Source: Ophelia neglecta
Lineage: Eukaryota
DNA: 64,000 nucleotides
NCBI GenBank assembly: GCA_965285935.1
Contig: OZ260663.1
Span: 55,676,001 to 55,740,000, forward strand
Direction: 5' to 3'
Part shown: positions 14,011-26,469 of the stretch, piece after piece
Position numbering within the stretch: the stretch's first letter is position 1
How the letters are laid out: every line of letters begins with the position of its first letter
Translations under genes and position numbers: made by a program
The notes under the pieces: model-generated
Seen by the model: the letters and a program-made list of their open reading frames with translations, nothing else
Told to the model about the DNA's origin: nothing
Databases searched by the model: none

Positions 14011-17000
14011 ATGCCGTTTCTGGGACAAGACTGGAGGTCCCCCGGAGAGCAATGGGTGAGAACCACCGAGGGCTGGGAACGTCTGAAACTATGGAGGTTT
14101 AAATTATTGGAAAGTCTCAACGCTAACGTAATAGCTAGGTGAGTAAAACGTATAATTTATGTTTGTAGAATCAACATGGCGCAGCTTGCGTAGTTCGTAA
14201 ATAAATGGATATTTGACAGAACCTGAATGCCTGAATGTATGCCATGTCTAAATCTTAGGACGAATGCAATCTTGCAAAGAGTTCTTTTAATTGTTACGAA
14301 TTAACCACGCGCACTTGAATCTATCCTAGATAGCGCGTGGAATTGACCCACACTAAGTAGAGATCTAAATGCGTGCAATGTGAGGGATTTTCTAGTTATT
14401 ATCAGAGTGGTAAACAAACCCACGTGGAAAAATTAACTGTCAAAATCTTTTTGCCATGTCTTTGACATAAGAAGCTCCCATAAGCAGATTTTAAGTTATT
14501 CAGTTTTTAAATGTAAAATGATTATCTGTAACGATTGTCTGTGAAACTAGCATTATGCATACCCAAACATTTGGTAGAGTAGACGATATAAATAGCTCAT
14601 AGATACTCGTGACATTACTGCCAACCCAGCAACCCGGATAAATAATCAATGAGCAATAATGTTCCAGCAACTATGGCTTTCGATTGAAGTATCCATTGGC
14701 AAGTCATATTGAAATATTTTCACAGGATTTTGGAACCAGTGATTTAGCCAGATATTGATTATATTTTTACTGTAATTGTTTCTACAGTGGAAGTGATTTC
14801 TAGCACAATTAGTCTAGCATGCTAATTTATATCTAGTCAGTTACACATATAATACACACTTTTAGTGTAAATGCAAGTATAGTTCATTATGAATAACAGC
14901 TAGATGTAGATTGTCATACATCAAACAAATTCAGGAAAAAAAATGATCTCATTTAATATTAATATTAATATTAATATTATTAATTAAGTATTAGAACACA
15001 CATCGTCTTTATATCATTGTATTTATTACAAAATAAAAATAAATTTACATAAATATTAGCATATACATGCATTGATAATGCAAGTAATGAATGTAGTCAG
15101 AAGATAAAATCTAGAAATTATATTTAAATAGATAGGACCATTTTTAATATCAAACATACAAGCAAGTCAGTGAAAGCAAAAATTTAATCAATACTGCCAG
15201 TATAAAGGCTACAAACGCTGGATCTGTCAATTAGCAACATGGTTCATTCATATAAATTTCATATATTTAATTCATATAAGACATACAGTGTAACCTTTAT
15301 AATAAGGTCAGTCAAAGAACAGGAAAAAACTTTAGGTGACCTTAGTAGGCAGGTCAGTTAACACAGGCTTAAATGGATATCAGGGTATTATTCAGTGACC
15401 TTAGTGGGCACTGGGCAGGTGACCTTATTATAAAGGTGACCACAAACACAGGTTTCACTGAACAGTGAAACCTGGCTTAAAAACCACCTCTATTTTCAGA
15501 CCACCTCAGTGTCAATTCAGGCCACTAATTAATATGAAGCCCCTAATGTAAACTCCAAAGTAAAATAACCCATGTAAAGAGACCACCTCTATTATCAGAC
15601 TAGTATTATCTATTACCTTGGGTGGTCTTAATTCACAGGTTTCACTGTATACCTTTTGTCTCATTGTGTCTAAAGCTATGCAAGTGTTGTCTGCCATATT
15701 CAATGGATGGAAAGGGGTTATGCTTTGTAAATAATGAAAAGGTCATTACACAGCGCAGTTCAAAGGAAAACAATTACCAATTGGAATACATGACATTACA
15801 TCTCATCAGGATATTAAACACTAATTGCAAATTTACCAGAAATAATTATGGCTGATCACAATTCATAAGAATTACCCATGCACCTCTGCACAAAGAACTA
15901 GATTTGGTATTGGACTATTGGGAATGTTATGAATTTATGATACATATTCAGTCCACTCTGAAGCAGGCTTCATCTCCTTAAGCACATGGCAGCAGGTTAA
16001 CCTGGAACAATTTAAATAGAGGGGTTATTGCAAATATATAATAAAAAAAAACATAATAAAGAATGCCATAAGTTGAGCATGATTGGCCGAGTACTTTTCC
16101 AGATTTTTGTTTATAGGTTAACATTTACAATACAGAATCTTCAGTATTTTCTGCTCAAATATATTAATAGATAAGAGTTCAGACTCTGCAACCTGCTTTC
16201 ATTTCAGTGATCTTCAAGTTGTCAGTGTTGCCAGTATATCTAATTTTATTTGCCAGAACATTATTGTATCCCACCACATGGCACTCATCACTTACTAACA
16301 CATATGTATGATCATATATCTTTCCAATGAGGTAAATTTATTTTGTTGACAAAAGTAGTGTTGCTTTGTGCTGTTGCCATTTTATGACAATCAGGATGCA
16401 CTCTGCATGATATAACTGAGAACACAAAGAAATCACACCAACTACACTACCAAATTTATTGAATTGAAAGGATGCCAGTTTGCTATGAGTCAGTGAGCGT
16501 ATATATCATGCAAGAGATGTTCCCAGAGCAGCAGTCCCTGGTGCTTGTCTGGAGGACCTCTACGTGCTAAGTCACTGGGGAAAACAAAGACCTTCTGATT
16601 TCAAGGGCCAATATTCTCCAAGCATGAGGTTTTCCAAGTTTTATCTCAATCGCATAGGTGGCCAGATAACTCTTTGTGTTTTATAACATAACCTAGGTGT
16701 TCTTTTTATTACTGTTTGAGGACAAAGACCCAACACTGTAATGTAAAGTAGGGTTAACAGCTAGAAGAGATACACTGAAGATTTTTACAATGACTTATTA
16801 AATTTCATTGACTTATTGAAGGTTGTAATATGGCAATGTTGCCTGATCTTGCTTCCTATAACCATGCATTAAATGTATTTGCCATTTCATTCATTAATTC
16901 AAATTTCATGCAGTGTTACAAGTAGCAAAATAGCTATTAACATGATCAGGATTACACCAATCAGAAATACAAGAGTACATATATTAATTTTACAATAGAG

Positions 17001-20000
17001 TTTACCCTGCCTGAAATATATTGTTAGATGAAGAAAATGTATATAATTTAGTTTTTTCCATAGTCAACTTAGTAAGTTATTAGTATGTCCTATAAATAAT
17101 ACAGCTATATACACATTTCAGTTCCTGTTCTAAATATACAAAACTTGTGGTAAATAGAGGGGACATGTGACATTTCATATTTCTAGACCAAAATAATGTA
17201 TCATACATATTAATTCCCATAATTATTTTTTATATTCTTTTTGTTTCTATCGGTGCAAATGGTTTAGATCAGCAATGATGCATTATCAATGCATAAAAGC
17301 TGCTCTTGGCAACTTGCAAGGTTGATATGCCAGGTATAACCTGATTGATGAACCTAGGAAGCTGAGTCACATCCTAACTGTACTTGACAAAGAAAGGTTT
17401 GAAGGTGCAGATAAATCTGATTAACCAGAGCCACCTTTGCTTTGATAGAAAACAGACAAGAATTTGAAGAAGCTATGTTAACTTATGATTAATATATAAT
17501 GCCAGCTAGGGATCCCTGGCTTTCAGACTGAGACCCGGGCTTTGCTACATAAAACAAACATACAATGAACTTCTCACTTGGAAAACATAAGTTAAGACTT
17601 GAAAAGGCAAACATAAATATAAACAAAATGTTAAACTCTACTATCCACCAGTTACTAAGTTCATGTAGGTTGTGTTAGAGTGTTACTGTCCTGTGGATCC
17701 CACTTTGTGTAGTACGTATAATCTTTGGTCACATGCCAATTCTTGGGTTTCCCTGGAAGTTCTAGGCAGATATCACCAGTTTATCCCAGTTCAAGGAAGT
17801 CCAGAGACATGCACAAGGCCAATGAAACTGCGTAGAATCTCTGGCTGCAGACCTAGTGATGTCAATTGGGATAACACGGTATCATATGACACAAAGGAAA
17901 TACTAGGCTAGCTCTCACATAGAGGGGCAATATATACTAGGTATATACTTGGTAATATACTAGGTATATACTTCAGTCATGATAGTTCCATTGAGCAAAA
18001 CTTTTATATTATGTTAGTCTCATGGCAGAACTAATGGCAGCATCATACCAGGATCTAGCTGGCTGAAATCTTAATGTTTTACTTCCATGCTAAGTTTCCT
18101 GGTTAAAAAGTCCCATGCTTGTGCATTTCAGCAAACCTAAGATTAAAACTACATTTCATAGTGTTTGAAGTCTTCAAGATGCACTGAACACATGTTCAAA
18201 GTTGAAATGTAGGCCAATCTTTGGGGCAAGTGTATTACACAGAGGCTGAAGTTTACAAAAACACTGCCAGTAGGCCTAATATAAGGGTGTCTGTACTTAC
18301 GTAAACTACACATAACATACAATACCTACCTATAAAATGTGATTTGATTATTTCTGAAGCAGAAAGCTAATAATGACAGGGGATTGTGTCAAAAGGCAAG
18401 GAATGCTGTAAACCTATGTATAGTTGAATCCATTAGTGATTGCTCATTTTAATACTGAGATACATTGGTGGACGTCACTTACTTACTTACTTGCCGCAAT
18501 AGCCTTAAAGTGGCACATACATTTTATCGCCATTTAATTTTGTGATGGCTCCTTGGATAAGTCCCAAAACAAAAGGCTTGCCAATATTTTTTTTAACGGT
18601 ATGACACTGTCAATAACTTGTCCCAGTGAAAAGCTGTGACTCTACAGGTGACATAATAGTAATTATGTGAGCGCCCTGTTATTCTAGGAGTTGTTTAAAA
18701 ATGTGGGTAAAAAGGATTATGGACTTATTTGATTGTTAATTTGTGTTTCAGCTGTGCCATGTTATACTGTCTGTATCACACTGACTTGGGCCATTTTGTT
18801 AGCAAATTTTGTGTAACATAAAACAGCTTAATACATGTATATGGTCATAGTAACTCGTGCTTATGCCAGTAGTTCATGATCAATGGCTAAATTTGGAAAA
18901 ATAATTAAGCAAAAATTCCCTGTTTTGCAGGTTACACACTGTTTGCTAATAACCGAATGTATCAAATCTAACAAACAGTTCTTGGAGCAGTTGGCAATGG
19001 CTTTCATCTCTATTAAAGTCATTTATATCTGTCTGAGACAGTAGAGCTTGGCAATAGCCAGTCGTCCATAAATCACTTAAAACAGTCTGTATTGTTCTCT
19101 AGAGTCATTAAGTCATTGTGCAAGTTACATTTGGTAGTCACGTTTCTTTGGCTCAAAATTGATCTTTGAACTTAAAGACTATTTTCCCAGTGATTCTCCA
19201 AAGTTAAGTATAATATATACTACTAGTCATCATAGTCAGATAGATAGTCTCCATATATGGAGGTGTGCACATACTATGTACATGAACTTGTGACATGGCA
19301 GGTAAAATTAACCTGCAGGTGGCCGAGTGACTCATTCTACGGTACATTGGTTTAAGAGAACGTCCAACCAAATCGAAGACAACATTAAATCACTTGACCA
19401 TATATAGTGGCATTTCAAAATAACACTAAAATTATTCCATCTCATCCAATCAAATGTTATAAATAGTCATTTCTTCCTAGAGAGACACATTCAAATCAAA
19501 ATCTGAGCAAACGCACACAAGTGTAGCATGATAATTCTGCCCATACGTATATAGCATTTCTCTGAGGAATTCACCAAAATGGCAGAATCTTCTATGTCAG
19601 TTGTTATTTCAAATAGGCCGGCATGGAAAAAAACACCTGAAGGATGGATCAAAGAAAAAGACCACTGTCCATCCACTTGTCCACCACCTGGACCTTCATG
19701 TGAAGGTTCTACTTCCTGTATTGAAGCGTCCTAAGCAGGACCAAGTGTATCAAAGCCAACACAAGACAGTTATGCAATGAATAGTGACTGTGTAAGCCTA
19801 CATATAAATAATAGAAAAGATTTAGAAATCAGTGGAGATCAGCTCAAAACAGAGATTGAACCAATGGCTAACATTAATGTTTGTGAGATAAAGAAGAAAA
19901 TTCTACAGAAATTTAGTGCAATGTCAAGAAGAGAACCCTCATCTCAACCAGCCAGGAAAAAGATGAAAGTGGAAGAAACTGACAAAAGAGCCATCAGTGA

Positions 20001-23000
20001 TAAATCAGTCCTGCATCTTATAGGCTCATTTCAATCGTCTCAAGAATCTACAACCCCTGACACAGCTTTACATGGAAATTTGCAGTTCTTACAAACAGCT
20101 GGCACATGTAATGAATATGTCAAAAGAGGAACTATGTGGATTAAAAAGCGATATTCAAGTAACCATTATGATGAAGAGTTTCAATTTTTATCTGGAGAAG
20201 AAAGGTATGTCTGAATTGCAAGTACTAATTATATGCCTCCAAAGGTGCTTAACAAACAGGAAGACAGCTCTTATATTTTTGTTTCATTTTTTAGCAATTG
20301 GATACAACTGAGAGAAGATGTGATAAAAAGTCAGATATTAAGCTTCATTAATTAATGTAAAAGTATCACATTTAAAGGGAGAGACAGCCTAGAATTATGA
20401 TAACCAGATTTGGTGTATCAGACTGCGAGTACCGGTACACTTCTTGTAGGGTCTTATGTTCATGATGTTTGAGGTGTGATCATAGGTAGGCTACTGTTTG
20501 TGTACTGTTTTCTGTCATAAATTCTGCAGTATTTAGGCACACAGTAGAGGCCCGATTTTCCGATTTTCCGTACGTCTTGGGGGGGGGGGGGGGTGTTACA
20601 GTAAATTTGTTCTGATAGTCTGATGTTTTAATGATTGGTCATGTGGATTTTACACATATTATGTAGATTTGTACTTTTTTTGTAAATAGATTGTTTTTAG
20701 CAATAATACAAACAATACATAGTCATATTACCTGTACTCCCCAGTAATATTCATATAGACGTGTATCAGTCAATATATTTGATTGGCCAGTATTGTGTAC
20801 TTTTGTACTAATATCCTAATCGCTATCTTAGGGCAAATTTTTGTAACGTTGCTATAGTTTAAATTGTTTAATACAAAAGTTTTGCACTAACAAAAAAATT
20901 TTGTTTATAATTTCTGAAATAATCAGCTTGCGCAGCTGCCATAATATAAAGATTGGCTGTGTCCTATGACTTCATTCAAATTGAATGGAAAAAATGTTTA
21001 CACGCAATTAAGTTACAATTGTTTATAATGCTATGCACAAGATATACAGATTTAAAAGGCACTATTTAGTGACTATGAAGTGTCTGCATTATTGCTTTAT
21101 ATATAAGCCCAATACTATAAGATAGCTTAATTAAGCAGTGACTACATTTCAAGTGTATTTGGTTATACATGTAATGTAAATAGAAACACAGACTAGAGGT
21201 TATTCAGATATTTAAATGTGAGTCATAGATATTTTGGGTCTGTTGTCGATGTGGACTAGGGTTTTTTCCATCCACCATGAGGCCACACTTGCATGAACAT
21301 ATTAGGAAAACTTGGCCATCCCATGACTCTGCTCCTAACATAAGGGTTGTATGAACACTTGAACAGCTTGCTTAAATATTTATAAACTATATCAAATAAT
21401 AATGTGAATTATATACAATATAAAAACTACATGTACTTCCCCTTAGATTTATTACAGGGAAATCTACAAGTAAAGGTATCTAGACATTGTCACAATGTAT
21501 CATACAATCACTTACCTGGTGCAAGTTACAGGTGGTATGGTCACATTTCATTGGCACAAAATTGCCCTTTGAACTTAAGACTATTTTCCAAGTGAATGCC
21601 ATATTAACAAAGTGATTAAACTCCTAGGCAACCTGATTCATTTTCACTATCATAGAAGAATAAATTCATACTCCCAGATGCTAAGAATAAACTTTATCCC
21701 TGTTTTGGTTATGATCCATCAGATCTGTACACAGTTAGACAGCATTGAGCTAACTTGTAACCATATAACGCCTGTATGGATTAAGCATGTGACCTCTGTA
21801 CTCTGGTTACCGTAGCATGCTAAGCCTTTGGTTGGTTCATTATGAAAGCCATATATGGCAAGTACATGTACATTTTCCTTATATGGAACTTACAGCCATG
21901 AGCAAATAATCAATATTGATTTGAATATTCACAGGCAGCGCAGTAAGTTTGAGAAGACATCATTTCTGTGGTCAACATTTTGAGCAACGATAACCACTGA
22001 AAATAACTAATAACAGCTAGTACATACTTGGCCAAAGATATTGGGATAACCGAGGAGGGTTGTCAACTTCATATACTGGATTGAATCGTTAACCAAACTG
22101 GCAACAACCACGATGTCAACTTACGACTGGCAAGATACAGGAGATATGTGGATAAAAAGCCAACACGGCTGGGTCAGGAGACAAGATTACAGCTTCCCAG
22201 GAATGGAATCTTTGATTGACACAACTTCTGTCCGTATGGTTGAGCACAGCTTGGACAACAATCCAATGGACAGTAAGACTGACAGTAAGGATGAATTGTG
22301 CGAAAAAGAAGAATCCGTCAATTTGCCTGAAAAGCAATATGTTGATTTATCTCCAAACTATGTATTTAGTAACACTGAACAACCGGTAGGTCACAATTCT
22401 AAATCTGACAATGTGTCATCAGATCATGTTTCAATTGCAAGTGCAAGTATGTTTGATGAAAATAACTTGCTACAATGTGATACAGATGGCAATCTTGACA
22501 TGCCAGTCTGTGAGTCCTCGGAGGCAACAGGAATGATCTCAGCAGCAATGCACGTAGATGATAAGAGCTATGACCTCAACATGCTCAATGACCAAATAGC
22601 AGCCTTTTCTAACTGGGACTGGCATGCATCAGTGGATGATGGGAACACACCTATTAACATCAGTCAAAATGAATGTGTTGCCAATTCAAAGTTGGAATTG
22701 AATTTGGAAATACCAGGGGTAAAAAATGAGGGAAATGAAGAAGCTGTAGGGGCCATTTCACAACTGCATTGTATGGAAATTGAACAAGACGGGGATAAAG
22801 TGCCAAGCAACCAAATAAAGGAGACAAAGACTTGTCAATCATCTCAGGATAGCTACTTGAACTTAAAAACTTCATATGAACATGATAACCCATACGCTCT
22901 GCGTGATCTTCCAATGCTACCAAGTCTAGGCAATGAGTATGTGAAAGAAGGGACCACATGGGTTAAAAAATCTGAAATGTTTAAGCAGAGTTTTGAAGAT

Positions 23001-26000
23001 TTGCCAAAGGAAGAAAGGTTAGGTTATTTGTTAGGACAATGAACCTGGTCATAAACATGTAGTAAAAGAAGGGTACATATATGTTCTTATTTTGATAACA
23101 TTTAATAATTGAGTATGATATCTTTGCAGACTGCTGAAGATTGCCAGCTACGAGGAAATGATGAGACATAAGGAGCTCGGTAAATGTTCCCAACCCCACG
23201 TGATAATCACGAAAGGCATCACCAAAGAGGTACACACCTTTCATCATGGTTTTAGTGTAATCAAATTTAATGTGTTATATATGCTCTTAATTATCAAAGT
23301 TTTATTGTATTGGAGGATAAACTATTCTGCTTGCTTATAAAAATAAGTAACACAAAGATATACATGATGCTTCATACTTATTTTGTAGCAAAAAGTGGTA
23401 ATAAGTACTGCAGAGGCTCTAACTCGCCTGGACTTGACTGGGGCGGCCAAAGATACCAGGAGATTTAATTATGTCTGCAAGGTAAGGCACAGGCATCCAT
23501 CTGCTTTATGGAAGATCATTGGTCTTACTGAGTACTGGTAACTGCATGGGCATAAAATTATATACTAACTGAACAAGCCCACCAGTCTATTATTGTCTGG
23601 TTACTCATCTTTGATATTGTACCATGTAAGAATTAAAAGTCATGACAATACCTACATACAGTCAAAATTCATTACACCTTTTAGTTAGTGCCATTTCAGT
23701 TGAGTTTATTGTAACTTTTTTAAACCTTTTTTTACTTCAGCTCCTGGAACACTTTATCACCAATAAACTGTCAAGCATGAGTGGAACTGCACAGAAAATG
23801 TTGTTCAATGGCCTCAAAGAAGTCTTAAATCAGGGTAAATTGAATTAAGCCTGTATATTATTATACATTGTGCAAAATGATAACTGCTCTTTTCTACATT
23901 AGCATAATATGACATTCATGTAAACTTTACTATGGATTGGGGAAAGTAGGAATCTCACTATGCACAATGAATCAAATGACTTGTATTATTTTTCGTGTGC
24001 CTTTGCAACTTCTTGTACATGCTGTTCTCATTAATCTTGACAGCCTTAAGGTGGGCATCAGACCATATTACCAGTACATACATGTGTCTGTTCAACTTGC
24101 TCAGGTTCAAGATCAGTATTCGTCCCCTATGACTAATTTAAAAAATAATAACCACAGATTTTGTTATAATACACCACAGACCTCATATAATGGGTATCAG
24201 CATGCACTATCACGGGTAGGTGGAAGATAAAAGTCTGAGTGAGCAAAACATCTACTTTAAAAAAGGCTCACACCCTCATCTTTAATTATGTTCAAACACT
24301 CCGAGAATATTTCAAGAAACTGGAATCACATATTAAATTTGTTTCACTTTATTCCCCATGACTAAATATTCTCATCTACACATGTATTGCTATTGACTCC
24401 ACCAAATAGTTCTAGGAACTCTGGCTCATATGTTCAGGTGCCAAGTCAGTCAGTGACAGCTGTTGATACATAGATACATGTACATGTAATGGTGTAATGT
24501 CTGTATGATGGGCTGTGACTAACTCACTTCCTCACTTTACTCACTTAGCCATGTCAGTCGGTATTTTTGTGAGTTTGTGATGCAATGTGGAATGTCCAAA
24601 GTAAAACATATACCGGTACTGGGCAATATTGCACCATTACAAAGAATAATTGCTACAACAGCTTGGACTATTCTGGTTGATGTGAACTGGACAATTTCAT
24701 GAATTCAGGTCCCATCCTGTCAACCCTATTTTTTCCCATACTGTGTCTGTCTTATTATGGTGCAATGCTGGCTCAATTACAGCCAAAATACCTCATGACT
24801 CAAGTCAATGCGTTGCATGTGTCCCAATTATAACCCAGTTTAATTTGCAGTGAACTTTCTTCCCACGTTTTACTACACCTGTAAATTTAATACTGCTTTT
24901 TCTATTATACACAACAGTGATTTCTACCAAAAACAACATCCATATCATGAAGGATCTATTGAAGGAGGCAAGAAATGCTTTGAAGCAGTCCCAATATGAC
25001 CATGTTGGCAGCTCTAGTCTCTGGGCTAGACACCTGGAAACAGTGGACAGGCTGCAGAATACCCTCAACAGTTATGAAATTGAACAGGTACATGAATAAA
25101 TAAATCATTATTCAGAACATATTAAAACTTTCACATATCTTGCAATGAAATCTTAAAAGTAAAAAAGGATTTCAGAGAATATGGCAGCAAAGGTATACCA
25201 AGCATGTGTCACAAGTTTTATTTTGTTTCAGAGAGAGGAAGATGGAAAAGTAAAGATATCAGATCTTCCAGATGAGTGCATTCATCAGATATTGTACCGA
25301 CTGACAGATCATAGGGATCTTGTCAATGCAGGTCTGACAGAGAGCCGAACTTTCGATTTGTCCGAGGCCAACATCTTGTGGCGCCAACTGTGTTTGTTCC
25401 ATTTTACCAACAAACAGTGGTGTGCTGTGTTGAAAAAAGGGGAGAGCATGGAGACATTTGGATGGAAAAATCTATACACCAAACTAGTCAGGTGGGGTCA
25501 GATACATGTATATCAGTGAATGAACAATAAACTACATGGCTTTCTTCCTTTTTAGTCTTTCTTACATGTATGGAGGCCCTTCTAATAGGTACATGTATGG
25601 GTCACATTTTTTGTACCATGGCTTTTATGTTCCTGTTTTGGTATGGTGTCAGAGGCATCTGTAGCACATAACCATCAGCCATCAATGGGGTCCCCCCCCC
25701 CACGACTAAATGGCTTGCTAACAATACAGTTTTTTTAAATGCCTAGAAAAGAATAGAATTTAAACCTTATTTGATTTGATCCAGTTTCCGGGAGCAGTTA
25801 CCAAGACAAGACAACACTCAAGTCAATCACAGGGGCCTCTATACGTGTACATGTTTTATTCTATTGTAACAGCTCTATATTGAGTTACCGGTATGTCCAT
25901 CTTATTACTATTTAGGAGGTATGGACAGCGTGATGTCTACAGTGAAATGCTACACCTCTGCAGGCATTGCAATGCACTTTTCTGGAATGTAAGTACATTT

Positions 26001-26469
26001 ACTATTATTAACTCATTCAATACTACAGCCCCCTACCCAGGGCAGATACCCCTTTAGTTGCAGATATTCAAAGTTGAAGGGGTTAATGTGTGCGAGTCTG
26101 TCAATTCAACATCCCTTTCAACAGTCTTCAGCTTAACATGATCACAGGGTTATAGTTGCTTACTGTATACCATACTAAAGCAATATCTTTTGAGATTACT
26201 TACACTATTGGCATGGCATCTTCAGCTGCCTTAAGATATATTTAGTCCTAAAATTAAGCATATGTGCTCAAAGGTGAATTTTTAATTTAGAAGCCTTTTG
26301 CTGGGTTTCTTATACTTATATACTTACAAATAATAATATGCAAAATATATGTAGTGGTATTTAATCTTTTCCTATTCAGCTACATGGGCATCCTTGTCTT
26401 GTCCCTGACATGAAGCCAGAGTCAATCCCAATCAGTCCAGAAATGTGTGTTGTCCTGTTCACAGCCTGA
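14011..26469 (+). CDS. FBXO32: F-box only protein of the FBXO25/FBXO32 (atrogin-1/MAFbx) family, canonical isoform
   Basis: Exons 14011-14138 ([24 protein letters not shown]), 23130-23229, 23389-23481 ([19 protein letters not shown]), 23741-23834 (SGTAQK), 24918-25087, 25232-25491 (F-box [16 protein letters not shown]...[10 protein letters not shown]), 25916-25988 ([10 protein letters not shown]), 26380-26469 (GHPC). Probably the single pro-orthologue of vertebrate FBXO25 and FBXO32. Confidence 0.95.
15286..15647. mobile_element. Two adjacent Tc1/mariner-like MITEs (15286-15460 and 15463-15647)
   Basis: TA|CAGTGTAACCT...AGGTTTCACTG AA CAGTGAAACCTG...CAGGTTTCACTG|TA. Confidence 0.7.
19251..19260. 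promoter_or_regulatory. CArG box (SRF site) upstream of alternative exon A
   Basis: CCATATATGG = CC(A/T)6GG. Nearby: CCAAT 19446-19450 and MEF2/TATA-like TTATAAATAG 19457-19466. Confidence 0.5.
19579..20204 (+). CDS. Alternative first coding exon A of FBXO25/32, with one in-frame TAA at 19732-19734
   Basis: MAESS...[11 protein letters not shown]...EAS*AGP...MNSD...[13 protein letters not shown]...SGEE-AG|GTATGT; 208 codons + 2 nt, phase 2 like exon 1, joins exon 2 at 23130 in frame. Confidence 0.7.
21849..21886. promoter_or_regulatory. Paired CArG boxes upstream of alternative exon B
   Basis: CCATATATGG 21849-21858 and CCTTATATGG 21877-21886. Confidence 0.55.
22113..23017 (+). CDS. Alternative first coding exon B of FBXO25/32
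   Basis: Open for 301 codons + 2 nt: [23 protein letters not shown]...[18 protein letters not shown]...PKEE-AG|GTTAGG; phase-2 donor, 112-nt intron to exon 2. Confidence 0.85.

Noticed and set aside
22113-23042. 309-aa ORF as an independent nested single-exon gene
   Set aside because: A phase-2 donor just before its stop and the FBXO25/32 Trp motifs explain it better as an alternative first exon.
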